Source: Octopus vulgaris | Lineage: Eukaryota | Length of the DNA: 64,000 bases | NCBI GenBank assembly: GCA_951406725.2 | Contig: OX597825.1 | Coordinates: 12,338,001 to 12,402,000, forward strand | Reading direction: 5' to 3' | Shown: piece after piece, positions 40,598 through 53,719 of the stretch | Layout: each line of letters begins with the position of its first letter | Position numbering within the stretch: the first letter of the stretch is position 1 | Notes under the pieces: model-generated | Databases searched by the model: none | Seen by the model: the letters and a program-made list of their open reading frames with translations, nothing else | Told to the model about the DNA's origin: nothing | Program-made: the position numbers and the translations under genes

Positions 40598-40893
40598 TAT
40601 TTCTTTACTACCCATAAGCGGCTAAACACAGAGGAGACAAACAAGGACTGACAGGCGGATTAAGTCGATTATATCGACCCCAGTGCGTAAGTGGTGCTTA
40701 ATTTATCGACCCCGAAAGGATGAAAGGCAAAGTCGACCTCGGCAGAATTTGAACTCAGAACGTAGCGTCAGACGAAATACCGCTAAGAATTTCGTCCGGC
40801 GTGCTAACGTTTCTGCCAGCTCGCCGCTTAAACGGACGTAATACCGCTAAGCATTTCGCCTAGCGTGCTAACGTTTCTGCTAGCTCTCTGCCT
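40598..40893 (-). mobile_element. SINE A inserted into an older SINE A
   Basis: TSD AACGGACGTAATACC at 40583-40597 and 40831-40845; old head at 40846-40893. Confidence 0.9.
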
Positions 40894-41597
40894 TAGAAAC
40901 TCCTTCAGATACTATTTAAAATAAAATCTATTCATGAAAGTGTCCCTCACAAATTGTGCGTCTGTATGGCAACTTTATGGAGCTTACTGTTTAAGACCCG
41001 GAATCACCGTAAAGTGCTTTCATCATTCTGAATGCAATAACATGAATTAGCGTCTATTAAGTCACCCTTTGTCATTAACCTCCTTCTCCGCCGATATAAG
41101 GACTTAGATACATCAAATAAATATCCGGCATGTTTCGTTACATTTCAAAGAGGAGTCTATCGAATGAATATATTGTGATACACGATGAAATAGATCGATG
41201 AGTAAGTAGAACTAACATAGGTAAATGCGTCTATTCTTTTAGTATTACGTAACTTGTAAACATCCTTATAGGCAAGGTATGACTTGTTAAGGTGAGTTAT
41301 ATTGGGAAAAAGGTGTGACTAATTGTGACTAGACGGACGTTAGCTAATTTCCTTGTTTAAAAACAAAGGCAAGGAATACATCGGTTACCTGGCTGTAGGT
41401 ATTAGTAATAAAATGCTATACAAATAAAAGTGTATTAATGAAAGGTGAACAATCCCAGACGAAGATCGATATCAATGATTCACGTTTCTTCAGGTAGAAA
41501 CACCACACAGACAAAAGTACACACACATACACACACGTCCTTGTGTTACGAATGCATATGTGTGAATATATATATATATATATATATATGAATATAC

Positions 41598-41638
<41 letters not shown>

Positions 41639-41779
41639 AGTACAGGAAAGAGAAGAAGAGACAAAGAGGGACAGACAGAGAGGGCGCTACCGGTTTTCGA
41701 TGTCTAGTTTAGCGTATGACGTATTTGTGCGTTTATTATACATATACGTGAGGCATAGCATATGCGCATGTGTAAACAT

Positions 41780-42175
41780 AGGCGCAGGAGTGGCTGTGTG
41801 GTAAGGAGCTTGTTTACCAAGCACATGGTTCCGGGTTCAGTCCCACCGCGTGGCATCTGGGGCAAGTGTCTTCTACTATAGCCTCGGGCCGACCAATGCT
41901 TTGTGAGTGGATTTGGTAGACGGAAACTGAAAGAAGCCTGTCGTCTAAATGTGTATATATGTATGTGCGTGTATGTTTGTGTGTCTGCGTTTATCCCCCT
42001 AGCGTTGCTTGACAACCGATGCTGGTGTGTTTATGTCCCCGTCACTTAGCGGTTCGGCAAAAGGGACCGATAGAATAAGTACTGGGCTTACAAAGAATAA
42101 GTCCCGGGGTCGAGTTGCTCGATTAAAGGCGGTGCTCCAGCATGGCCGCAGTCAAAATGACTGAAACAAATAAAA
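41780..42175 (+). mobile_element. SINE family B
   Basis: Full copy. Confidence 0.93.
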
Positions 42176-42322
42176 GCCAAAAAAACGAAAAAAAACGAAA
42201 ACACCTAGATGAAATACAGTCCTATTCCCACACAAACGCACACAAAAACACGCGAATTCACAATTACATACGTACCCCACACTCTATACTCGAACACACA
42301 TCTATTCATAAAACTATATATG

Positions 42323-42551
42323 CGACGAGCTGGCAGAAACGTTAGCACGCCGGGCGAAATGCGTAGCCGTATTTCGTCTGCCGTTACGGTCTGAGTTCAA
42401 ATTCCACCGAGGTCGACTTTGCCTTTCATTCTTTCGGGGTCGATAAATACATTACCAGTTTCGCACTGGGGTCGATGTAATCGACTTACTCCCTTTGTCT
42501 GTCCTTGTTTGTCCTTTCTATGTTTAGCACCTTGTGGGCAGTAAAGAAATA
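42323..42551 (+). mobile_element. SINE family A
   Basis: Full copy. Confidence 0.92.
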
Positions 42552-42789
42552 TATATATGCACTCACTCATGCATATATAAATACTTATTTACGAATACAC
42601 ACATGTGTTAGTCAGCGTTATACTTTCACGCAATATACACAGTGTTCCTGAAACAGGATAGTAAATATTAGATCTGAAAATGTACACACATTAATCCCGC
42701 TATTTTCTGCTCTCTTATTGACACAGCAACGTATGAGTAATTGGTTTCGAATCAGTCAATAATTATTACATCAGTCCTATTTTACAACT

Positions 42790-43155
42790 TACAGGCACAA
42801 AATTCATGTTTATAAACTTTGCCATCAAGATGTAGGACAAGATACTGTGATAGCCTGGGCTCCGGAGGCCCACAGCTCTTCAATATCCCCACCCCGAAGA
42901 ACCTGAGAGACCTGCATGGGGTGGATGCAGATGTCTTTAAAATAAAACTGGACCTCTTCCTGCCAGGTGTCCCAGATGAACCAACTTCACGGCAGGAGGT
43001 GCAGATGAAGGCAGCTGCATCGAACTCTCTCATGCACCAAATGGCAATTACTAAAAAGCATTCGTGAAGTAAAATCATGTAGCAGCACCAAATTGCGGTG
43101 CCCCAGCATGGCCACAGCACGTGAGCTGTAACTAGACAAAACAAAATAAATAAAT
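42790..43155 (+). mobile_element. 3' end of CR1-like LINE with 3' UTR
   Basis: GPQLFNI..PKNLRDLHGVDADVFKIKLDLFLPGVPDEP...AAASNSL; UTR ends GCGGTGCCCCAGCATGGCCACAG...(AAAT)n. Confidence 0.82.
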
Positions 43156-43549
43156 ATAATAATATGCATGTTGTTTATACATACATCTTTGCATAAGGTG
43201 CTGACACACACATACACACACACATGCAGGGTGGGTAAAAATTCACGCTCGCAATAAGTTCAATCTGTACCGGAATTGTTAAAGGAATGATTAATTTTTT
43301 CCTAAATTTCATTAAACTAAAATAACGATGAATATACACATACTTGTACACGAAGAACAAAATGAATAATAATAGATATAACGCAAAATGAATATAATGT
43401 CAAATATTTTGTTGTGACAAGTTTGCCCTACGACGTATAAGTGTGTGCGCGCGCTAGGGACATGCAAGATTATATGCATATATATATATATACATATATA
43501 TGTACACATACATAGATATGCACATATATATACATATATGTATATATAT

Positions 43550-43940
43550 ATGGCTGTGTGGTAAGTAGCTTGTTTACCAAGCACATGGTTGGTTCAGTCC
43601 CACTGCGTGGCACCTTGAGCAAGTGTCTTCTACTATAGCCTCAGGCCAACCAAAGCCTTGTGAGTGGATTTGGTAGACGGAAGCTGAAAAGAAGCCTGTC
43701 GTATATATGTATATATATATATATGCATGTGTGTGCTTGTGTGTCTGTGTTTGTCCCCCTAGCATTGCTTGACAACCGATGCCGGTGTGTTTATGTCCCC
43801 GTTACTTAGTGGTTCGGCAAAAGAGAGCGATAGAATAGGTACTGGGCTTACAAAAGAATAAGTCCCGGGGTGGAGTTGCTCGACTAAAGGCGGTGCTCCA
43901 GCATGGCCGCAGTCAAATGACTGAAACAAGTAGAAGAGTA
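43550..43940 (+). mobile_element. SINE family B
   Basis: Near full-length copy. Confidence 0.92.
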
Positions 43941-43995
43941 TACATACATATACATATATATGTTTATATATGTATATATATATATGTGTGTCTGT

Positions 43996-44577
<582 letters not shown>

Positions 44578-44807
44578 AACCGTATACCATATATATGCAT
44601 ACAGGTGTACACAACCACACATAGGCACTCACACGCACACACACACACACACAAACGTATAAAACACACGTATATATTTAGGAAGGTGAGTAAGATCTAA
44701 TCAATACCCAGAGTCGGGATTATTTAATTCTCCAACGCTGATGATTCACTTCATCTCATCAACCAAACAATCGTATTACAGTTACAATGATTTTTGACAG
44801 AACCATA

Positions 44808-44924
44808 GCAACTACTACTACTACTACTACTACCACAATTAACACAGCAACCACTACAACTGTCGTTACCACCACCACCACCACCACCACCACTACTATG
44901 GCCATCACCATCATCACCACCAAA

Positions 44925-44958
<34 letters not shown>

Positions 44959-44997
44959 TCACTACTACTTCTACTACTACTACTATTATTACTACTT

Positions 44998-45037
<40 letters not shown>

Positions 45038-45171
45038 GATTAACACAGCAACCACTACAACTGTCGTTACCACCACCACTACTATGGCCATCACCATCAT
45101 CACCACCAAAACCACCACCACTACTACTACTACAACTAGTAGTAGGACTAGTAGTCGTAGCAGCAGCAGTT

Positions 45172-45235
<64 letters not shown>
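44808..45235. repeat. (CTA/CCA)n with ~200-bp internal duplication, switching to (TAG)n
   Basis: ATTAACACAGCAACCACTACAACTGTCGTTACC occurs at 44838 and 45039. Confidence 0.92.
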
Positions 45236-45363
45236 GACAGGTGTACGTATAATGATACTTTTCGTTTCGGTTTTTTTTTTTTTTGTTGACTCTGAAAATC
45301 GTGGTGGAGCGTCTGTGACCTCGCATCCCTTCGTTATTATCTAAGAAAGATTGAAGGTGTTGA

Positions 45364-45790
45364 AGGCAGAATTATTAGTAGGTCGGACGTAATGCTTAGC
45401 GGTATTTTCTCTGCCGCTACGTTCTGAGTTCAAATTCCGCCGAGGTCGACTTTGCCTTTCATCCTTTCGGGGTCGATTAAATAAGTGCCAGTTACGCACT
45501 GGGGTCCATATAATCGACTTAATCCGTTTGTCTGTCCTTGTTTGTCCTCTCTGTGTTTAGCCCCTTGTGGGTAGTAAAGAAATAGGTATTTTCTCTGCCG
45601 CTACGTTCTGAGTTCAAATTTCGCCGAGGTCGACTTTGCCTTTCATCCTTTCGGGGTCGATTAAATAAGTACCAGTTACGCACTGGGGTCGATATAATCG
45701 ACTTAATCCGTGTGTCTGTCCTTGTTCGTCCCTTCCATGTGTAGCCCCTTGTGGGTAGTAAAGAAATAGGTATTTTCTCTACCGTTACGT
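45364..45790 (+). mobile_element. Head-to-tail SINE A multimer, 184-bp period
   Basis: GGTATTTTCTCT at 45401, 45585 and 45769. Confidence 0.92.
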
Positions 45791-45849
45791 GCGCCAATAT
45801 CGATGTCGAAAATATTCGAACAAGGCCAGGAATTTTCGAGGAAGTCCTT

Positions 45850-45980
45850 AAGTCGATTACACCGACCCTGGTACTAAAATATTACTCATTTTATCGACCC
45901 CACGAAGGATGAAAGGCAAAGTAAGCCTCGACGGTGTTTGAACTCAGACAGAAAGGACGGATGAAATGCTACTATGCAGC
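45850..45980 (-). mobile_element. SINE family A, diverged partial
   Basis: ATCGACCCCACGAAGGATGAAAGGCAAAGT...TTTGAACTCAGA. Confidence 0.75.
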
Positions 45981-46675
45981 TCGTCACGTTATTCAAATTC
46001 CTGTTTGATGTTTTGCCGAGATCTCCTTCCCAGTCTGGATATTGTGGACAATTCCATTTAGTACGAGTGCACTTGATGTAAGCGTCTTCTTATTATTTCA
46101 TCTCCAGGCATTGATATATTGTGGAGCGAAAATTACATTTTTTCTGCTTTTAGTTCAATGTTTTTCAGACATTTCACTATGGCGTACATCCTACCTTTTT
46201 TAGAGGTATTAGCTTTACTTTCTAACTTTTCGTTAATATATTTTAGAATTCAATTTATATTTTCTCTGTTTTATAAAATTTCCTGCTATATAGTTTTATC
46301 TAAAACATTTTTTTTCAAAGCAGTTACATTCTAGTTTTCACTTTATTCGTTGCATATATACAGACAGTTTTTGTCTTATTCATTTCACCTTATTATATTT
46401 TTACATCTTCACTCTCGTAACTTTAAAGTGTTCCATTGTACCAATTTTCTTGCGTTGTAGCCGTTTTATAGTTCCAACAGACCAAAAGTGAAAATGTTAT
46501 ACTGTTATAAAATGTCACAATTTCCAAGAAGTCTTTTATATATATATAATTCCTCCACATGTTCAATGCAGTCGTATGATAGCAATGATGAGTCAGAAAG
46601 TCGAATGTGGACAAAAAACATTTAGATATGCGAGATAGAGAATTGGCTTTCTTTTTAGTTCAGGGCAATCGGGTC

Positions 46676-46786
46676 TAGCGGAGGCACATGGCTTAGTGGT
46701 TAGAGCAGCGGACTCGCGGTCGAGGGATCGCGGGTTCGAATCTCAGACCGGGCGATGTGTGTGTTTATGAGAGATACACCTAAGCT
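46676..46786 (+). mobile_element. SINE C-related tRNA-like head fragment
   Basis: TGGCTTAGTGG (A box) ...GGGTTCGAATCTC (B box) then AGACCGGGCG.TGTG.GTGTTTAT as in family C. Confidence 0.8.
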
Positions 46787-47219
46787 ACTACTACTATTAT
46801 TATTATTATTATTATTATTGTCATTATCAACTAAGGCTGTGAGTCGGTAGAGTCGTTAACGCACAAGAGAAAATGCTTAGTGGCATATATTTTGACTTAA
46901 CGATTTCAATTCAGATTCCATCGGAGGTTGGCATTGCCGTTCGTCCAATTGGCGTCGATAAAATAAGCACCGATCGAGCCTATATATTCCTTTTTCATGT
47001 CCCCTTCAAAACAGTTTGCCGCGTGCCAAATATTTGTATCAATTCTTATTATATTAACTACTGTTATTATTACTAGTATAGTTTAGTATCATTATGCAAT
47101 CAAAGCTGCGATTGCCGGTGGGGGAGACCTTTCCCATGCCTGGCTTCGTAAGACTGCGCCGGTACGAGCGCACAAGTTGCGCTCGAATGAAGCCGAGAGC
47201 GGATGCAGTTATGGTAAGG

Positions 47220-47551
47220 GTAAAACCCCCTTCGGTCATGAATGACCATGGGATTGCACCTAGAAAGTTACCCTCCTAGACACAAGTCCGGGCAAGGTTG
47301 TTTATGGAAGGCCAGCAGTCGCCCATGCATACCAGCCTCCCCTCTCCACGCCACCAGTGTTATCCAAGGGAAAGACAAAGGTCGATACAACTTGGCACAA
47401 GTGACGTCGCAACTCATTTCTACAGCTGAGTGAACTGGAGCAACGTGAAATAAAGTGCCTTGCTCGAGAACACAACACGGAGCCCGGTCCGGGATTCGAG
47501 CTCACAACCTCACGATCGTAAGCTCGACGCTCTAACCACTGAGCGATGCGT
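47220..47551 (-). mobile_element. SINE family D (tRNA-like head)
   Basis: Minus: CGCATCGCTCAGTGGTTAGAGCG...GAGCTCGAATCCCGG...GAGCAAGGCACTTTATTTCAC..TGCTCCAGTTCACTCAGCTG. Confidence 0.8.
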
Positions 47552-48257
47552 TGAGCTCACTAACTCTTTCCCCTAAACTGCCTGGCCGTATGCTAAATAT
47601 TTGAGAATTTTACTAGGATGCCGTATGACACACTCGACAGGGATGTTCCGCGATATTTCTAACATTTTGCAAAGCTTTCATTCAACAGTTGCGGTAGACC
47701 CATTTATGATATTAGAAAATATATATATATTGAGAAATAAATGTGGAACCGCAGTGCCGCTGTGTGAGTGTGCGTTTGTGTGTGTGCGTGCATGCGTTCA
47801 CACGCGTGCGTGCGTGCGAATTGCTAAGGCTATCAATATCTTTATCGCTTCCGCATATGGCAGACGACAACTGCAGCCATGTTTCGGCCATTTTATATAT
47901 ATGTGTGCTGCTTGATTAAATAACGCTGCCGTATTTTTATTTGCTTTCAATAATATCAATGAAAAACGTCAAATGAATGGAACTATTATAGTTATTCTGA
48001 ATGATGTGTTGACGTATTGTAAAAGAGACTAAGATAACTGGTTTTTTTTTTTTGACATTTATGCTCATCGTTTATCATTCCCCATATATTTCAGCTTTAC
48101 ATTAGAATGATATCACCAGTCAGTCGTCAATTTAGAATACGACTGAGGCTTTGTTTACCTTCAGTCAACTGTACGCAGTGAGACGTTCCTTCAAATATTT
48201 TAGTCCATTATTCACAAAACAACACCATTCAAAGATTATATCGCATTAAACTGACCT

Positions 48258-48850
48258 CTAGTAGTAGTAGTAGGAGGAGGAGGAGGAAGTGGAGAAGGGG
48301 GAATAGTAGTAGTAGTAGTAGTTGTAGTAATAGTAGTAGTAATAGTAGTAGTAATAGTAGTAGTAATCACCAGTCAGTCGCATTAAATTGACCTCTAGTA
48401 GTAGTGGTAGTAGTAGTAGTAGGAGGAGGAGGAGGAGAAGGAGGAGGGGGAGTAATAGTAGTAGTAATAGGAGGAGAAGGAGGAGGGGGAGGATTAATAG
48501 TAGTAGTAGTAGTAGTAGTAGCAGCAGTAGTAGCAGCAGAAGCAACAGAAACAGTAGCGGTAGCAGAAGTTTTAATTTTGAGGCACAATGTTAGCAGTTT
48601 CTCAGGCGATGAGAAAATCAGTTACACTGACACCAGTACGTTACTGGTATTTATTTTGTCAACACCGAAACGATAAATAGAAAATTCGGACTTGGTGGAA
48701 TTTGAACTCGGAACATGAGGACGGATGAAATGGCGCTAAACATTTAGCCCGGCGTGCAAACGATTCTGCCGTGAAAATAAATAGTTGTTACTCTGCTGAT
48801 CGTAGTGGTAGTGATGGTATCGGTAGCACTGCTGCTGCTACTACTACTAT

Positions 48851-48883
<33 letters not shown>

Positions 48884-49022
48884 CACCACCAACCAACAAC
48901 AACAACAACAACAACTCCTCCTCCTCCTCCTCCTCCTCCTACTACTACTACTACTACCACCACCACCAACAACAACAACAACTACTACTACTGCTTTTGC
49001 TGCTGCTACTACTACTACTACG

Positions 49023-49067
<45 letters not shown>

Positions 49068-49122
49068 GTTCTGCTACTACTACTGTTCTGCTGCTGATGA
49101 TGATATAGAGAATAACAACGGT

Positions 49123-49163
<41 letters not shown>

Positions 49164-49190
49164 TGATGATGATGATGATGATGATAATGT
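48258..49190. repeat. (TAG/GAG)n and (CTA/CAA/AAT/GAT)n tracts around a diverged SINE A (48610-48770, minus)
   Basis: Trinucleotide runs; TCGCATTAAA.TGACCTCTAGTAG duplicated at 48241 and 48378. Confidence 0.88.
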
Positions 49191-49311
49191 CAAGAATAGG
49201 AAGGAAAGTTAAAGAAAAACCGCATGCACAATGATGGAGATAAAACAAAGAGAAAAGGAGGTGGAGAAAGGTAGAGCCAACTATGCAAAAAAAAATTAAA
49301 AGAAAAAAATA

Positions 49312-49360
<49 letters not shown>

Positions 49361-49888
49361 AAAAATTATTAAGGCAAACCATTTGGTCAGAACAAACAGC
49401 GGATGGTTAAATAAGCAAAGAGAGACAGATGCAATGATGAATGGCTGACTGGTTTAACAGACGATAAGGAAGGAAGATCTACAGATGAACGGGCAGATGC
49501 CGGAGAAAGGACAGTTGTAAATGTATGAGGATAGGATGGTATGTATATATGCTATATGCATGTACTTGTAGACGTGTGTGTGTATATACATATATACGTG
49601 TATGTGTGCACGTACGTGTGTAAGTGTGCATATATATGTGTGTGTGTATCTGTGTGTGTGTATACATGCATACATGCATGTATATATATACATATTTATT
49701 CATATGTATATATGTATGTGTGTGTATATATATATATATACATACACACACACACGCGCGTACACACAGTCACATATACATACACACACACACGCGCGTA
49801 CACACAGTCACATATACATACACACACACGCGCGCGTACACACACATATACATACATACATACATACATACATACATACATACATAGA

Positions 49889-49932
<44 letters not shown>

Positions 49933-50749
49933 AGCACACACATACACGTATATGCACACAAGCACACACGCTGCATATGTTTACACTGTTGAAGGGCGTA
50001 TGAACAATGTTGCAGCTGTAAGTACTTATCGAACCCCTTTTTGTGACAATAAATCTACTCCCAAATGGTTTCGTTTCATTACATAGAAATCGTTAAATCA
50101 ACCGGGGAACATCGCAAATGGTTTTACTTCCCTAAAAATACCAGAATATTATCCAAGAATGAAATGGCAAGCGTAAAAAGAAAAGCAGTAATACGAAGGA
50201 TTTGTGAGAGAAAAACCACCCCAGTATATTATTTCCTTTACACAGCTTATAGGATTTACTTTCGAGAGAGAAGCATAACTGCGGCTGCCGTTGATGAATA
50301 TGGTGATGATAAAAGGAATTGTTACTGTTTCTTAGAAGTGGAAACGTTGATGATAAAGCTGAGAATGATGAGGAACAATGTAATCATATTAATGATGGAG
50401 TAGATAAGGATTATGTTGCTGGTGGTGGTGGTGGTGGTGGTACAGGAGGAAAAATTGATGATGTTGTTTATAGTGATTGTTAGGAAGATGTTGATTACAA
50501 GGAGATGAGATGTTTAAGATAGGAGAGTAAGGCAGAATGTGCGTTAAACGAGAAAATAATATTCATGAGATATCTGTGACTGAGGATGGCGACGAAGATA
50601 TATATACTTTCCACTATAACATGAATAACATGAATGAGACGAGGAAGTTCTACATTAGCATCTCTGAGTACTTCGACATCGAAGCAGCATCTGAGAAGGT
50701 CGTGTCCACTTTCGGCATTATTCGAAACCTCTGCGCCGTGTTGTCTGTC

Positions 50750-50885
50750 TAAATATGCGTTCGGAGATGCAACATAGGGTACATGCGTACTAAATCTAGG
50801 ACTGACACTATATCCTGCCAAAAGAGGAACACATCAAAATCTCCGTAAGAACCTGTTCTGGGATGGTAATGCAGATGTTGAAATA
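50750..50885 (+). mobile_element. Decayed APE endonuclease N-terminus of an RTE-type LINE
   Basis: CNIGYMRTKS..DTISCQKR...KNLFWDGN resembles .NIGTM.G.S..DI.C.QE...KLFW.GN. Confidence 0.45.
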
Positions 50886-50901
50886 CATACTTCAGCACGC
50901 A

Positions 50902-51075
50902 CACTTGACCTGACCTGACCTGAGACTGCATTCATCTGGGGTGGGTTGACCTGGCTTCATTCATCCTCATTGCTGCATCTCTCACAAACGCTGACCAGGC
51001 CTGGCGATTTGAGGCTAACGACCGCGTGATCTCAAACCATTCCTTATTCCAGCGGCGAACGCCGTCGCACACTTA
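50902..51075 (-). mobile_element. 3' end of RTE-type LINE with (CAGGT)n tail
   Basis: W..EWFEITRSLASNRQAWSAFVRDA...STHPR* followed by a short-repeat tail. Confidence 0.7.
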
Positions 51076-51099
51076 CGCCGAAGAATCATTAATATCCTA

Positions 51100-51840
51100 C
51101 TTGCAAGGAACGTGGCTAAATGTAAATCTGAAGAAAATGGGAATTCTGGAAAAGAGTACACATGCAATACTGCTCATTTCCGTCGAAAACAGCAAACGCG
51201 TAGCTGCTCATTAGCTTGAGTACAGAGGTTCTGCCATCAATGACAAACTCTTTTGGCACAAACATTCATAAGATCGCGAAAATACTTTCAACTGCCAGAA
51301 AGCTTAATTCCAAGATTAAGTCAAATATGGCAGTCTATAATGTCTGTAGTATAAGACAGTGTCGCTGTATAGCATTTTAATGTTGAAGACAGAGGGATCT
51401 GAATACTCTCCACTTGAGAGGTAGCTATTGTACACGGACAACACCCTATGATGACCATAACTAATCCAGCCTCCTTCACACCATGATTCTCTGCATATAA
51501 GCGTTTCCCAGGCAACGAAGACAGCGCTAGACAGGTCACAGCCAGCACATGGAGGATGGCTACATTCCAAAGTGTCTCATGTTCCACTCGTATCTGGAAG
51601 AGATCTTAGCTGCCCACATTTGCAATTCAGGATATCTGTATGAAGGACAAAACAAATATGAGGGAGAAGAGTGATCTATATCCGTACAGAATCCAGGGAT
51701 AGCGTTTCTGGTGTGAACCAGGGGACAATTCGCAAGTTTGAAGCCTAGAGAAGATATGTTGTCATGTACTGTAGCAGAAGAATGAGCATGTAGAAATGAG
51801 CTGCGGTAGATCCAATAAACCAGCTTCTCCAACCAAACAC
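51100..51840 (+). mobile_element. Decayed RTE-type LINE RT C-terminal region
   Basis: EYRGSAI..., KSNMAVYNVC..., NTLHLR..., ITN..., GHSQHMEDG.IPK..LAA with many stops and frameshifts. Confidence 0.65.
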
Positions 51841-53616
51841 AAATCGAGAGCAGTAAAGATGCGACACGTAAGTGTTAATAACTAGAGTCGGCTGTACGTG
51901 TCTACGCGTATGCATATATTCTATAAATACTGGATGCTAATCCAAAACAATATAACTTTATGTTAAAGAGATCTGATGAAATTTGACTTGGTTTTGGCTA
52001 TTCTTTCTTACAGTTTGAGCAACACCAAAAAGTCTTCGTGATTGGATCGTTAAACAAAGAATGAATATCGGATTATATAGCTTAGTAGAAGAAAATATCT
52101 GTATTTTGGTAACTGTATCTGGTACCAGCTGGTGGCTTTCCTGACCATATTCATTACTTTTAACTAATAATATTTATCGCTACAAGAAATAAATTAGGCT
52201 AAAGCATAATATGTCAGAGAAACTTTTTTTCATTACATTGACATGTTTAGCGGTCAATATTCTGTGTAAAATTCCGCTGGGAGTGATTTTGTATTTTAGC
52301 ATTCTGGCGTCAATATGTTGTGCACCAATAATATATTTATATTTTATTTCGCTAATTGAATGTAATTGTCGACTTTCTCATTGATGTTGATAACCAATGA
52401 TGTTAGAAACGTAGACAGATAATGCCCAAGACCAGTTGATAAGAATGTTAATTAAAATTATAGTAACGATGAAAAATATGATGATGTCTACATGGATATA
52501 CAGCGAATATAGCTGCATTCATTGTGAAGAATTTTAGAATTTTCTCTCTCTAGTTTTTCAGTTTTAGAAACGTGGTTTCTACTGATTATTCTCTGGGACC
52601 ATACGATGTCGGTATACAAAACAACACAGAATGACACAAATCTGTAGATCCAGTGTAGGCAGCAAGAGCAGCACCATTTATAAAAAGACAGAACATGAAA
52701 TCGTTGCCTCAGTTTACTTCAGATATAGCAGGTCATTGATGGCTTACATGAAATTACCATTGTTGGTGGTAAGGCAGAGTTTACGCACCTCGACTGCTTC
52801 TGATGCTTATTTCATGTGTAGCTCAGAGAATAAGAGATACATCACGGCGTGTATACCTCAAAAGGCAATTGGCGTTTGAATTACCATAAATCATTCATGC
52901 TCGATTCAAAATACTCAACAGGATGTTAAACAATTAGAAGGTCTGATGAAAGGCCGGTGAAACCTTGTCGAGGTTATCCGCCTTATTTAAAACGTCTTTT
53001 TCGTGTTATATCAAGATATCTTTTCAAAATCCATCCATCATGGTGAGGATTTGTAATGATGTCACCGGTTTAGTAGGATAATCCGATCACTGAAAATTTT
53101 AAAAAAATATCATGATTTACATGTACAATAGTCGGTCGCTTTTCTATTTATTTGATTTAACAATATTATCTATAATGTATTAACCATTAAGCATGCCAAT
53201 ACTTTCTCTCCATTGGAACATTACTCTAGGAATCTGTAGGGAAAAACAAAATCAATATCGCTCCAAATACTTTGGATTCGTAGTGATATTAAATACGAGT
53301 GTCATGCGTATATGTTACTAACCCTTCGTTTGCCAGCATTGTTTGAATCTAAATAAGCAGCACCGAGTCAGGCTTAAAAGAATGCCTAATCCTCTAATTA
53401 ATTTATTTATTTTTCGGGATTGTTGCTCTTATTTAAAAATGCTAGTCAGATATTTGCAGGACACAGGTACTGCGATTTCTTGAAGATCCCATGTCCTCCT
53501 CCACGTTTTTCTTTTATTCTTAGCAGTGTTTCTGATCCCGAAGCTAACGGTGCAGTTAAGATGGTGGAAGTTGTTCCACCGTTTACAGAACTGTAATAAC
53601 AGTTCATTTCTCGTTA

Positions 53617-53719
53617 TCTATATATATGTAAAACTGTAGTTGTGTGAGTGTCTGTCCCCTTCGATTTTTATATAGTTATTTCCCTTACAAACCCGAGCAA
53701 CGCCGGGCGATACTGCTAG
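53617..53719 (+). mobile_element. 103-bp minimal Helitron derivative
   Basis: A|TCTATATATATGTAAAA...GTGTCTGTC...CCCGAGCAACGCCGGGCGATACTGCTAG|T. Confidence 0.85.

Noticed and set aside
46681-46752. tRNA gene
   Set aside because: A and B boxes are present, but it continues into SINE C body sequence and lacks a clean acceptor stem; a SINE head
47140-47212. Twister or type-III hammerhead ribozyme
   Set aside because: Conserved core nucleotides and order do not fit; kept only as an unclassified structured segment
50537-50752. Possible host exon or polymerase FDIE motif
   Set aside because: Single short motif, no supporting residues or splice evidence, adjacent to LINE debris
52634-52656. miR-10-like CTGTAGATCC
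   Set aside because: Only a 10-nt match, seed missing, no precursor hairpin
52938-52975. Hammerhead-like CTGATGA...GAAA
   Set aside because: No valid stem II and no room for stem III or a cleavage triplet
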